Shown: positions 1 through 13,275, counted from the first letter of the stretch. The stretch: DNA of 64,000 nucleotides from Octopus sinensis (GCF_006345805.1 NC_043015.1:3100001-3164000); one strand, 5' to 3'. Notes: generated by a model not told the origin, from the sequence alone. Numbers and translations: made by a program.

Positions 1-585
1 AGCCTGATAACTTACCACCTCCATAGAATGCTTTTATCCAACTCCCAGTAAGCAAAGTAATTCTCACAGTGTTTTTGGTCCCAGTGCGGAGTAGATATGA
101 TGGATCTTCTGGTAAGGGGAACGAAAATTAATGGGACATATTATACTTCTCTGCTAATGATGTTCCGAGACGCCATCAATGATGGGATGCGTTGCATGCT
201 GACCAAAGTAGTTCGCCTCCTCAAAGACAACACCCCAGTTCACAATGCACATGTTGCACAGATGAAAGCACACTCCTGCAGTAATGAAATCCTGTCTCAT
301 AACCCTTACTCTCCAGACCACGTACCATCTAACTTCATTCTCTTTCCAAACGCAAAGTATTTTTAGAACGAGAAGCTATTTTCGGATGATGTTGAACTTA
401 CATCCGCAGTAATTTCTTAGCTCCGGACGCAACCTACATATTTCTACAGACGTGGAATTCACAGATGCATAAATCGATGCAATAAGTGTGTCACCATTGG
501 TGGTGGTTAGGTAGAGAACGAGTAAGTTTCGTTTATTCTAGTGCTTTGAACGTGTGTCAGAAGCTCTTCAGAAACACCGCTCGTA
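1..585 (+). mobile_element. Mariner (DD34D-type) transposase relic, C-terminal half plus probable right TIR; runs off the window start
   Basis: ORF 97-366 has KDNTPVH (cf. HDNARPH) and PYSPDHVPSNFILF (cf. PYSPDLAPSDFHLF). Upstream frame reads like KVxLTVFW. Downstream frameshifted FSDDVELTSAV..FYRRGIH..RCNKCV. TIR-like end ..cagaaacaccgctcgTA at about 560-585. Confidence 0.85.
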
Positions 586-1182
586 TATTGGTCCTCCGAA
601 AAACTATTAAGTGGTGACATAACGTACATTAGCCTGTTACATATTTCAGTGGAGAAAGTAGGATGAATACACTGATATAGAATATAACGTCCTGGTGTAA
701 ATAAATTTCAAACAATTGTAAGTAATGCCATGTTGGGCTGCATTTATGCATTTACAGATATAAGACCATAAAATTATATATGAGTTTTCTGTGGACATTA
801 AGAATTATAATTCTACTCTGGATAATAAAGTTAAAATAATTAACTCCGTGTGGAAATTATTTTCTGCAAACATTCGGGCTTTGTTGTTATATATTCTGTC
901 GATAATTTACTAATATACACGGAAGCAAATTCAATATGTAAATTACGCTGAAGGAGGAAGCATAATCGCATTAGCTAAGAAATTTCTATTACGTCATATA
1001 TGATATGGGGAAAAATCGGTTACAACTGTAATACATTCAAAGGTGTTTAATATTTCAAACAAAATATAGGGAGAATAAGTGTTGCGAATTTTATTGATTT
1101 ATGAAAATTTATCGAACTTTAGACAGAATCACATGTGATCTTGTTTGCATATATGTAAGTATGTATTCATGTATATATATAT

Positions 1183-1241
<59 letters not shown>

Positions 1242-1287
1242 ATACACACGGAAATAATAGTGACATTAAACAGAAAGAGTACCCGAG

Positions 1288-1626
1288 GACAAGGAATGTA
1301 AGATACAGTGGCACATTATAATTCAATGTGACACCCTCAAAGAAAAGGAAATTATGCATACTGCAAAACTAGAGGTTGCACAGATAAGGAATAAGGAGCA
1401 AGAAAAGGTTGAAAAGTACAGACTACTAAAATACAAAATTGCAAGAATTAGAAGAATGTCCGTCTTCCCAGTAGTTATAGGGGACACTCAGAACAGTAAT
1501 AACTTAGTTCTAAAAATATGGCAGAGAAATTGTTTTATCACGGATCATAGCAAGCTGAAAAAAACCGCTCAGCTGGCGATACCTTGGATGTGGAGATTGG
1601 ATTATGTTGTTGTCTTCTTTTATTAA
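1288..1626 (+). mobile_element. Decayed C-terminal (restriction-like endonuclease) fragment of an RLE-type non-LTR retrotransposon
   Basis: DKECKIQWHIIIQCD (cf. KILWDFxIQTD), KEQEKVEKYRLLKYKIARI..VFPVVIG and KKTAQLA (cf. QKxALLG). Homologous to the 57.6-57.9 kb element. Confidence 0.65.
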
Positions 1627-1857
1627 GTGCGTTCTTCAAATTACTTCTCGTACAGCCCTGTGTCACTTGAACAGGCACAGCATTGTTTTATTGTTGAATG
1701 GCCTCTCGGTTAATTAACAACGAAGTATGAATGCTTATAAAGTGCGGAAGGAGTCAATTTTTGACACCTGACAACAGGATGCTATCCACTCTCACGGAAT
1801 CAACACGAACAAACAAGAGCTAGCGTTCTGAGTATTATAAAACAGTTAAACAACTAC

Positions 1858-2028
<171 letters not shown>

Positions 2029-2551
2029 GGAGTGGTTCTCATGGCTTCTGACCTTAACTGATTGGAAGTGTTTTCATGTACATTGTTTTGTGTTGGTATA
2101 AAAGATGGGCTACAGCAAATATTCTGCTCAATACCACAGATTTGTTTGTCAGTTGTTTGACCTTAACCAGTTGAGCATGTCCCTTAGTGGCTGGCGATAT
2201 GTGCATCTCTGATCACGAGCGGAAGTAGTGGAGGAGCATCATAGCCATGTGTTGAGAGGGTTTCTTTGGGGTTTGAATAATTCACCTCTGGAAACATGGG
2301 TGGTTCTTTCAACATCCTTAAACAACCCTCATTCAGGGACCTTTTCTGTGGGATGGGTTACTCGACCAGAAGAAAACTCTAACTGGGATCCACCTGCAAG
2401 GTCATGTGCTGTTTATCTTGATATGAGATCACCATATCGCGCACATATGGTTGGGATGCAAGTGCCTGGTGTACCCTTATCGGGCTTCGTATATTTTACC
2501 CCAGTGTCACTTTGATGGCATGAACTGCTCTCTCACTCAACAATAATAATA
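2029..2551 (+). mobile_element. Unclassified interspersed-repeat-like island embedded in (AAT)n; probably a retroposon 3' portion or non-autonomous element
   Basis: Higher GC than the flanks with sharp edges. (AAT)n on the left; ends ..ctctctcactcaa-caataataata. No protein motif found. Confidence 0.5.
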
Positions 2552-3271
2552 TTTTATAGTGAAGCTGTGCACCCCTCCCGGTAAAAACAGTATTAGAAGG
2601 GCATCACACGCACTCTACAAAAATTTAAACAGGAGTAGTTGATTATGGTGTGCAATAGAGTAAGTAAATGCAGAATATTAATTTAGATGGGACAGTAACA
2701 ATTAGCCACATTATGAAACACCAGCAGAAAGCATGTGGGAGACGAAAATATACCAGAAAATTCTCCGCCGTGGATGAGCAACTATAACGAGGGATATTTA
2801 ATTATATGGGGAATGAATGATAACATACTACATGCTACTTTATTGAATATGAATTGTTGAAAAAAGAAAAGGGGCCTCTTAATCAATATCTTAGATTCCA
2901 TCGATTTTAAAGCGTCACTAAATTTTTCGCCAAAGTTTTAAACACACAAACGTTCAGACACAAACTGATATATGAAAAAATGAGATCTAATTCAGATGTT
3001 AAATTTGAAGGCAGTTTTATAATAATATTTAATTCGGGAAATAAATCCCACAATTTCCCAAATTAACAAATATGCAGAAGACGTGCTAAATTGTATAGAT
3101 ATATGCCACGCACACTCGAAGTTCTGTAATTTCATTAAAACAAGCATAGCATAACACACAATACAATGATGTGCCTGTTCAATTAACGCAGGGCTGCAGA
3201 GAAGTAATTCAAAGAAAGCACGCAAGAGAACAAGACAACAACAACATCCTAAAAAGAATCATAAAACAAAT

Positions 3272-3274
3272 AAC

Positions 3275-3310
<36 letters not shown>

Positions 3311-3317
3311 GAAGCAA

Positions 3318-3365
<48 letters not shown>

Positions 3366-3380
3366 CCATAGTAGTAGTAA
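3272..3380. repeat. Compound (AAT)n-(AGT)n microsatellite
   Basis: Directly visible. Confidence 0.95.
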
Positions 3381-3863
3381 AATAGATGCATCGCAGCCAT
3401 CGAACCCATAAAAAGTGTTGTCCTTGCTGTTAAAGTTGCTGTTGCCATATTTATCAGGAATGCTATGAATATTAGTCACGATTGCTGTACGATATAAATA
3501 TACAATTAAATGTATAAGTTTTCGCGGCATGAATAACTTCAGATGGATAAAATCCTTTCTTTTTATGTGCATTGCGTCTCAGCAGATAAAATTTATATAA
3601 ATGTAAGGAACACTGAAGCAGATTTTTGTTCAGACATTATGCCCTGGAAACATTTTGCTGTTATTCCTTTTAGTTCATTCTTACCTTTTTCCTTTACTTC
3701 ATAATGATATAAATCTGAAAGACAAAATCGGAAATGTATGAAGAAGAAACAAAATAAGAAAATCAGAATTTAATGAACAGAAATTTAGACAATGCAGAAG
3801 CACATATAAAAAACATGGCAAATTCTTTCCTCTTCACAACTTCCTTTTTCATATATATCTTAT

Positions 3864-4160
3864 GTGGAGGCGAAAAGGCCCTGTGGTTAGGGCAGCGGAC
3901 TCGGTCTCGTAGGATCGAGATTTCGATTCCGAGACCGGTCGTTGTGAGTGTTCATTGAGCGAAGACACCTAAAGCACAACGAATCTCCGGCAGTTGGTGG
4001 TGGCGACCCCCTGTTGTACTCTTTCGCCCAACTTTCTCTCACACTTTCTTCCTGTTTCTTGGGTAACGCTGCGATGGAGTGGCATCCCGCCCAGCTGGTG
4101 TGGGGGGCACACACATACGCCACAGAAACACGGAAACCGGGCCCATGAGGCTTGAAAAGG
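3864..4160 (+). mobile_element. SINE family D copy (tRNA-like head)
   Basis: A-box-like tgtggttagg and B-box-like tttcgattcc. Body gttgtgagtgtt.attgagcgaa.acacctaaagc is shared with 4161-4510 and 50899-51110. Confidence 0.75.
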
Positions 4161-4510
4161 GCGCGGTCACGCTCTCGTAGGATCGAGGTTTCGATTCCCA
4201 GACCGGACGTTGTGAGTGTTTATTAAGCAAAGACACCTAAAGCTCCACGAGGGTCCAGCAGGGGGTGGTAGCGACACCTGTTGCATACTCTCAACCCAAC
4301 TTTCTTTTACTCTTTCTTCTTGTCGTTTGTACTTGTATTTTAAAGGACCAGCCTTGTCACACCCTATGTTACGCTGAATCTCCCCGCGAACTATCTTAAG
4401 GGTACACTGTCTGTCGAGTGCTCAGCCACTTGCGTGTTAATTTCCAAGAGCAGGCTGTTTCGTTGATGATATCAACATGAGCCCTTGTCCTCGTAACTGT
4501 CGGAGTGCCA
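4161..4510 (+). mobile_element. SINE family D copy, 5'-clipped, in tandem with the previous copy and with a different 3' tail
   Basis: Repeats ctcgtaggatcgag.tttcgattcc..gaccgg.cgttgtgagtgtt of the first copy. Its tail (gagtgctcagccacttg..ttaattt..gagcaggctgtt) matches the reverse complement of 22050-22130. Confidence 0.75.
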
Positions 4511-5476
4511 CATATTTATAAACATATATAAAGCATATAATTATAACCATATATGAGTTTGTGTGTTTGTACCTGTACGCGATCGTGCGTGTGTGTGAGT
4601 GTGTCTGCCTGTGTGTGTGCGTAGGTGGTTAGATTATTATAACCATGATATAAATATTATGGTTCCAATTTGTGTTCTTGAAGAAACCATTTCCTTTTAT
4701 GTTGCTATAGTGTAATCATCTAATTTCAACTATTTTGCGCCAGACTAGCGTCACCGGCGGGTCAGCTTCGTGGTAAATGGCCTTTTGATATATAGCTTGG
4801 TTGGAAAATAATCCTTAGATATTTATAATATGTATGCCTCTGTGTGTGTATGTCTCTGTGTGCGTGTGTGTTTCTCTTTGTAGATAATATTTGTAATGCA
4901 GCCCACCTACACATGAAAAAAACAGACTCGAAACGGAAGTATAGCTTATTAGAATATTATTCGTGTTACAGCATTAATTGAAGTATTTTAATAAACGTGA
5001 AATACATTTTATATTTATATTAAAAACATATTACCACATAAAAACGCTCTAACTTTCAGGAAACTACATCATTAAATTACGTCACTTACATATCAATAAT
5101 TTTCGAATGATTAAGTAAAAAAATTGTAATACTGTCAACTGCAGCAAGGAAAATATGAAGCGTAAGCATAAATGCATTGAATTATTGGGTTTTACATCAG
5201 AATGAAAGGTATTGCATACAAAATATCACAGACTTTTCGGTAATTTTTGTGCTTAGAAATTTTAAAATGGAAAGATTTTGTCACCCAAGGTAATATTTAA
5301 TGTGCATCTTAATATATTTCTAGTATGTTTCTAACCAGCACAATGCGCACTGGGAATATGATTAATTGAATAGGCTTATCTTCTTATGAGTAATACGATT
5401 AATAAATCAAGTGTGCATTGGGTATTGTGCGATATTCCGACTATTTTGCCGTTTGCGATTCAGGTATATGTGTGTA

Positions 5477-5494
5477 TGTATATATATATATATG

Positions 5495-5537
<43 letters not shown>

Positions 5538-5564
5538 TATATATATATATATATGTATTATATA

Positions 5565-5619
<55 letters not shown>

Positions 5620-5652
5620 CATACATATATATATATATAATATATATAATAT

Positions 5653-5703
<51 letters not shown>
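5477..5703. repeat. (TA)n microsatellite, representative of more than 20 similar interrupted tracts (e.g. 10727-11025, 20040-20191, 20820-21052, 31123-31430, 32048-32285, 43400-43780, 48030-48240)
   Basis: Directly visible; source of the IYIYIY ORFs. Confidence 0.98.
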
Positions 5704-5706
<3 letters not shown>

Positions 5707-6523
5707 ACTGATTATTGAAAACGATTTTTAAAGAAATTTTTGAAAAATGTTCCATCCTTTATGTTTGAAGTATATGCATTCATCTGTTGAGAACAACTTC
5801 TTCTTTCCTATTGTTGTAATGCTTTCATTAATCAACGAAATGGAGTTGCTTGAAAACGGTTATAGCTAATTGATGCACGCACATGTTTGTTACTTATATC
5901 TTGTTCGTCTAACGTGGAATCTGCTACTTCGGAAAAACTAACGAAAGTACCTTTATAAAAAGTACATGTCCGAAATACCAAGTGCGGACATTTTTACTGA
6001 GCTGTGTTTCGCGTTGTCTACACACATGACAGAAGTATTGGGTACAAATATCCCTTCATGGAGTCTTGATATTCAATATTCAAATAATATTGTTAGAGAG
6101 TGGAGATCATATCGAACTAGCAAGATGTCTCAATTTATGATTCAACTGAATCATAAATATATGTATGCATGTAAGTATGTGTGTATGTATGAATGAATAT
6201 GCATGAGTGTATGATGTCCGTTGAGAAGCCGATGATGGAACACTAAGATTTTTTATATACTGAGAGCATGAACATTCGTATCTCCTGCTTTTGTAAATAC
6301 TGGAGTTTTTGGGTGTGTAAACATAGTGGTGGCTTGATTCTCTGGCATCGGTCAAGTTATGTACACATATTGATTTATGTGTTTTTTTTTTTTAATATAT
6401 GAAGAAGTGTTTCCATTTTATATGTGTATGTCTCTACTAACGTATGTCTCTACTAACGCAATACTGATATGAACGCCTAATTTCCGGAAGTTGAAATTGT
6501 AATCAGTACTCACGGTAAATATA

Positions 6524-6698
6524 GGCGTAGGAATGGCTGTGTGGTAAGTATCTTTCTTACGAACCACATGGTTCCGGGTTCAGTCTCACTCCGTGTCACC
6601 TTAACCGAGTGTTTTCTACTATAGCCTCGGGCCGACCAAAGACTTGTGAGTGAATTTCGTAGACAGAAACTGAAAGAAGCCCGTCGCATGTAAGTTTA

Positions 6699-6782
<84 letters not shown>

Positions 6783-7000
6783 AATGTGTGTGTATGTTTG
6801 TGTGTCAGTGTTTGCCCACCCACATCGCTTGACAACCCATGCTGGTGCGTTTACGACCCCGTAAATGAGCGGTTCGGCAAAAAAGATCGATGGAATAAGT
6901 ACTGGGCTTCCAAAGAATACGTTCTGCGGTCGATATACTTGACTAAAGTTGGTGCTTCTGCATGGCCACATTCAAATGACTGAAATAAGTAAAAGAGTAA
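6524..7000 (+). mobile_element. SINE family B, full length: tRNA-like head, internal (TC)(TA)(TG) microsatellite, body and CR1-like tail
   Basis: Head ggcgtagga.tggctgtgtggtaag..catggttccgggttcagt; ..aaagaagcccgtcg then microsatellite; tail gcatggcc.ca.tcaaatgactgaaa. Same layout as 51722-52124 and 62195-62658. Confidence 0.9.
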
Positions 7001-7217
7001 ATTGAGTAAATATTTATAAGCCGTGTTTGTATGCCTATATGTAAGTTTGTCTAAATGTTCAACCAATAGTGTTGTTTAAATAGTAGCATTCTCTCTTCTT
7101 GTAGTTGTTACTATACTATACAGTATTAGAATTATTCTTCAAATACGCACACCTAATTTTCAGTGCCTCATACGTAGAAAGATATTGTACTTAATTTATG
7201 TATGATATATATCAGTG

Positions 7218-7537
7218 AAGGTGCATGGCTACGATCGTGAGGTTGTGAGCTCGAATCCCGGACCGGGCTGCGTGTTGTGTTCTTGAGCAAGGCACTTTAT
7301 TTTCACGTTGCTCCAGTTCACTCAGCTGTAGAAATGAGTTGCGACGTCACTGGTGCCAAGCTGTATCGACCTTTGTCTTTCCCTTGGATAACACTTGTGT
7401 CGTGGAGAGGGGAGGCTGGTATGCATGGGCGACTGCTGGCCTTCCATAAACAACCTTGCCCGGACTTGTGTCTAGGAGGGTAACTTTCTAGGTGCAATCC
7501 CATGGTCATTCATGACCGAAGGGGGTCTTTACCCTTA
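7218..7537 (+). mobile_element. SINE family C copy
   Basis: ggtgcatggct..gttgtgagctcgaatcccgg head, then gttcttgagcaaggcacttt and ctccagttcactcagctgtagaaatgagt. Homologous (reverse complement) to 30080-30362. Confidence 0.8.
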
Positions 7538-7870
7538 TATATCAGTGTTTGTGTAGCTCTTGTCAGTGCATTGTCTATAATATTTTAGGATAAATAGACT
7601 TCCCGAAATACCCATTTCAGTTGAAATAAAGAAAGCGGGCATATGTTTGTTGATATGATTTGCATATGCATAGTTATGCATAATTTATACGATCTCTAAG
7701 TTAATGCTATAGTATCTAATTCTGCACAGCACAATCGAGTAGTCATTTTTCTTGGTCTATAAATTACTTATAAAACTTTTACAAATACGTTATTTTAAAA
7801 TTATACTATACTTATACTTTATTTCAAAACACTGAGATATAATTCTCATGACATGGAAACATATACTTTA

Positions 7871-8201
7871 GCGGCGAGCTGGTAGAAACTTTAGCAGGCC
7901 GGGCAAAATGCTTGGCCGTATTTCGTCTGCCGCTACGTTCTGAGTTCAAAGTTCGCCGAGGTCGACTTTGCCCTTCATACATTCGGGGTCGATTAAATAA
8001 GTACCAGTTACGTACCGGGGTCGATGCAATTGACTTAAACCGTTTGTCTGTCCTTGTTTGTCACCCCTGGGTTTAGCCACTTGTGCGTAGTAAAGAAATA
8101 GGTAATTCGTCTGCCATTATGTTCTGAGTTCAAATTCCGCCGAGGTCGACATTGCCTTTAATCCATTCGGGGTCGATAAATTAGGTACCAGTTACGCACT
8201 G
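7871..8201 (+). mobile_element. SINE family A, full unit followed by a head-less partial second unit
   Basis: gcggcgagctggtagaaac..gttctgagttcaaa (A/B boxes); central gtcgactttgcc.ttcat..ttcggggtcgat..aataagtaccag; tail ..gtagtaaagaaataggta; then restarts at ttcgtctgcc (about 8105). Confidence 0.9.
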
Positions 8202-8206
8202 CTCTA

Positions 8207-8290
8207 GCAAATAACGCGCCGCCGAGAATCGAACACCAACCTTACGACCGTGCGACGATTACCCCAACCACTAAGCCACGCCCCTTCACA
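8207..8290 (-). mobile_element. tRNA-like SINE head fragment (C-like)
   Basis: Reverse complement reads ggcgtggcttagtggtt..ggtgttcgattctcggcggcg (A and B boxes). Confidence 0.6.
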
Positions 8291-8310
8291 CTGTATATAT
8301 ATATACATAT

Positions 8311-8478
8311 ATACCACGGGGTTCTTTTCTGGTTTCCGTCTACCAAATCCACTTACAAGGCTTTTGTCGGCGCGAGACTTTAGTAGAAGACACTTGCTCA
8401 AGGTGTCACGCAGTGGGACTGAAGCCAGAACCACGTGGGTGTTAGGAAGCTACTTACCACATAACCACTTTTGCCCCT
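8311..8478 (-). mobile_element. SINE family B head half
   Basis: Reverse-complement match to 6524-6690; ends at a (TA) tract. Confidence 0.85.
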
Positions 8479-9661
8479 ATATATATATATATATATATAT
8501 ATGAACGTAAAGTTCAATAACCTGATATTTTGGGTACATCTCAGGGGTAGCATATAGGGCTGCTAATAATGCGAAACATTCAAAATCGTGGAGGTGAAAC
8601 AGGTAAAATATGAGTTACATATGCTTTATAAATAGCTGTCAATCTTTAAGGAAGTGTTACGCAATAACCTCTTTTCGTTTAGCTAATCATTGGGCTGCAA
8701 ATTTTGTTCACGAACACAATGCAGCGCTGAATCCAGGAATCGAAACCTGTGAGCAACAATCTAACCAAAAATGACCGCGCTTTCCCGTACGCACACATAC
8801 GCATGCGCACACATACAAGCACACAGGCACACACACATGCCCTCTCACATTCATATTGTAAAAATGTTGTAGTGTATTCCATCGCCCATTCATTCAAAGT
8901 GTTTCTCTTGGATAAACACTCAAACAGTTTCTTTCCAGCAAAATAGATTTATTGTCTTCGTTTTAGACTTATGTCTGAATGGCGAAAGTAGTAGCAGACG
9001 CAGCAATTGAAAAGTGGGAGCTTAAAATCCATGCTTCTCTGCGTTGGAGACTATCGTCCACGGTAATCATATCATTCGCTACACTATACAACATGTCTTT
9101 AAAATTACCCCATCAAGCAGTTATGATTGTATAGGAAGCTGCACTCGGTGGCATATACTGTGGGGATGTTTGTTACTGAATTTTAAAAAATAGTACAAGT
9201 TTTATATAAATAATAATTTTTAGAACTTCTTTGATAATTTTTCCACACCGTGCAATATTATCTCATCGCTTGGACATCGAATTCTGATAGAGATGAGAGC
9301 ATATAATGGGAAGCTGATGGTCTAACTTAGTACGGCAGAATTATTCAATGTTGTGATTTACCATAAAATAATTCCTTAAAGAGTAGAGCCATCGATCATC
9401 TGGTTTACTTGTGCAACTAAAAGTAATTTTTCCAGTCATCCAGAAAAGTATTGTTGCAGCTACATCTAGCAAATGCATTTGTACTCACTAAAGTTTTCGA
9501 CTTGAACAATGGATAACAGGAAAGCGATAGATTAAGTTTTATGTTGAAGATTTTAATGTAGAAATACTAAATATTTATCTCCGTCAATTTTCCAATCAGT
9601 GACTTCAAATAAACACACACAAACACTAGCTCACACACACGTTTGTGTGAATGTTCGTATG

Positions 9662-9678
9662 TCTGTCTATCTATCCAC

Positions 9679-9742
<64 letters not shown>

Positions 9743-9743
9743 A

Positions 9744-9780
<37 letters not shown>

Positions 9781-9849
9781 CTATCTATCTATCTATATAT
9801 ATGTATATATATATATATATATAATATATATATAACTATCTTTCTATTC

Positions 9850-9891
<42 letters not shown>

Positions 9892-9990
9892 ATATGATAT
9901 ATATATATATATATATAGAATAAACTCTATCTATCTATTTATCTATATATCTATCTATCTATGTATATATATATATATATAATATATACA
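9662..9990. repeat. (TATC)n/(TA)n compound microsatellite (similar tracts at 28770-28860 and 37690-37985)
   Basis: Directly visible. Confidence 0.95.
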
Positions 9991-10750
9991 TAGAATAAAC
10001 CTATTTATGTACACATATACATATGATACACACATGCACGCACATACTTTCATATATATTCGTACGTCCGTATGTATGTATGCGTGTATGTGTTTGAAGT
10101 CAATCGAAAAAGAAATTGGCAATATAGTTGGAAATCCTACTTTCAGTTTAAATATATTTTCTTTGAAGTATGCATTTGGTATTCTTTCTTGTATGCAACT
10201 AAAATTCTTCAAAGCTTCAATTATTCAATTCTAATTACTTTCTTTTCTACTCACCGAAATAAAGCTGTCAAAATCTGCAGCATTCTTAGCGAAAATCTTT
10301 CTCACGTAATAACAACATAGATACAACTCTTTAATTCTTTATTTCTTCATCGGTAATTTTACTAAGGTTTCCTTTGCATGGCACTACATCGATTAGTCAG
10401 GCTTGATTTTGGTTTGGTTTGGTTTTGAAGATTTTTCTTTTCCTATAAAAAAACATTCAAGGTAACTATAAAATTGGTCTAGAAATAGACCTCTTAAATC
10501 TTTCCAAAATATTAACACGGTTGTCAATTTTCTGACTATTATGTAGAAATATTTCTCAAATATTCAATAAGCTATTTATAATATGAATAATGTTGCCATC
10601 ATTGACAAATGAAAATATTCGTTATTCATTCATCATTGCGCAAGAAATATTGGCAACTTGGCATGTGTAACATAAGGAAAAAATATTTTGCGAACACACT
10701 CACACACACAGTCTCACTTATATCATATATATACATACATATATGTATGC

Positions 10751-10810
<60 letters not shown>

Positions 10811-10873
10811 ATATATATATATTTATATATTATACATACGTATATACATATATGCATATATAAAATATATATA

Positions 10874-10925
<52 letters not shown>

Positions 10926-10978
10926 ATGTGTATATATTATATGCATATATATACACACACATAGATGCATACATACAT

Positions 10979-11009
<31 letters not shown>

Positions 11010-11464
11010 TATATATATATATATGTTGAAGTGTGATTTTAGTATGTTATGAGAAATGTAGCAGGATTGCCTCTTAGAAATAAAGAGTATTTTGTAGTGT
11101 CAAATAATTTTGTCGAACAAAACCAACTCTTTCTCTTACGGAGACTAAATTCGTCTTAGAAATCTGTTAACTCGTGTGTGTTGAATAAACTTTGGCTGTC
11201 TCTTACATCTCGTTTACTCATTTGGCATTTCTTTTTCTTCAACATTATTCTTTTCCAAAGTTATTTTGAAGTTTATGAACACTGGATTGATTTCTGACAT
11301 AATTACATCTTAAGTTGGACAATTGTTACTTCCAGATGAATGAATTCACTTTCTGTATATTTGCTTATTTTTTGACCTACAGCTAAAGTCGTTACCCGAT
11401 TCGTACAAACGTTTTATCTTTAATATATACGCATTCGTACATGGTCACTTGTTCTTTTTTCTTT

Positions 11465-11731
11465 TATATGTTTCAGTCCAATGACTGTGGCCTTGCTGGA
11501 GCACGGCTATTGTGATCATCTTTCAACTATCCACCTTTGTCGGAGCGGCTTTTGGGGAAGGGTGGAGTTCGACGTTACTGCCCTCTTTTGAGTTTCTTGC
11601 CTAAATATTGGCTCATCCGGGATTTCGGTGAGCCAGTTCACGTTCACGTTTGAACACGTCTATATCGACTCCATGAAGGCTCCTCAGATTGTTCGGCAGA
11701 CAATTAAACAGCTGTGGGCCCATGAACCCCT
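11465..11731 (-). mobile_element. CR1-type LINE extreme 3' fragment (ORF2 C-terminus plus tail); not in the ORF track
   Basis: Reverse complement translates FMGPQLFNCLPNNLRSLHGVDIDVFK..WLTEIPDEPIFRQETQKRAVTSNS, aligning with GFKGPQLFNILPKSLRNLHKVDVAVFK..KVPDELTSRQEVQMRVAISNS of ORF 30428-30781. Confidence 0.85.
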
Positions 11732-12128
11732 ACTATGATTGACCAAATATTTCAACAGAGACTAGTGTAAGTTCTTAATTAAAACAGGTTCCTTATATGA
11801 GCTATTTCGGCTAATACACTTAGGCCTTGAAATATGTCATACTATCCATAATATCGTTATAAATGTCCTAAATACTCCTCACAGTCTTGAATTTGTTATC
11901 TCATTCTGTGTAATATATATGTATGCTAATACAAGACCCACATTAGACTCTTCGCTCGTATCATTATCAAAACAACAGTTTAACTACGGTCTCTCAATTA
12001 CTTAGCGTTACCTGACATTCTTTGTCTTCTAGATACCAATAATTCATATATATATATATATATATACACATATATATATATATATATATATACATACACA
12101 CACACACACACACCACACACACACATAT

Positions 12129-12178
<50 letters not shown>

Positions 12179-13111
12179 AGGATTTTCAAAGGAGAAGATA
12201 TATTAATATAATATTTCTCAAATATTTCATCACACCTACAGGATAAAAGAATATCATGTAGCCATTAAGGCAGCAAGGATAATCTAGGAGGAGTACAATT
12301 TGGGAGTAGCACCGAATGGAAGTCATCGGATTGTAATTCATTTCTAATTGTTAATTATGTTAATATCCTTTTTGTTGAAAATCCATATTTATTGCAACTG
12401 AAGATATCACTGTACATAAGTTAATGTAATGGTTGCATTGTTCAATTAAATGTAGCCGCTTGAAGCTGTCGTGTTGCACAAAAGCTCGACATCCTGATAC
12501 TTAATTCAATTATTTTCACCTTACTTCGAACTGTGTGGATAATACCGGACTGACTTCATGCCTCAACGTACGTATCTAATTCAACAGAATATCAATTATT
12601 TATTATATATATATATATAGTGTGTGTGTGTGAATGTATGTGTGTGTCTATGTGTGTGTCTATATATATATATACATAAATATATAACAAGAAAGAGTTA
12701 CATAGATAATCAGGTATAGCTATTTTGTTGTGTCTTGGGAGAGTCATTATGACAATGATAATAACGCATTCACTGGAGCGTTATATTGTTAATGACAAAA
12801 ACGCTCTCCGAAGACAGAGCAGAATTCGTTTCAACACACTAATAAATAATATTCCAAACCAAAATACACGTAGGACAATTTGATAGGATATGTTCGTAGG
12901 CAATTACATCCGTTATCGAGAACGCATTATGAGAATAAGCATTACACATTCTCGTTGTACCAAAGCTTAATGGTGTCAAGCAGAACATTTCACGTATTTT
13001 GGAAAAGCGTAATATATATGAATAAAAAAGAAAATAACACCATATTTATCTATCTATACATATGCAAATATACAAACCCACACACAAACACCATAGTTTA
13101 CTCATGTTAGT

Positions 13112-13227
13112 AACTTGGGCAGGTGTCGTCTGTTATACCCTTGGACCAACTAAATCATTGTGATTGTATTTCTTAGACAGAAATACAAAGAAGCCCATCA
13201 AATAGATACATACATATACATACACAG

Positions 13228-13275
<48 letters not shown>

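Noticed and set aside
5407-5755. Numerous IYIY, LSIY, HTHT, poly-N/I/L/Y ORFs throughout the track
   Set aside because: They are translations of (TA)n, (TATC)n, (CA)n and (AAT)n tracts, not genes.
6427-6458. Tandem 16-mer containing TACTAAC twice (branch-point consensus)
   Set aside because: A simple local duplication; no convincing polypyrimidine tract, AG and exon follow.
7871-7950. tRNA-like sequences at SINE heads
   Set aside because: A and B boxes are present but there is no complete cloverleaf, and each continues into a SINE body; not tRNA genes.
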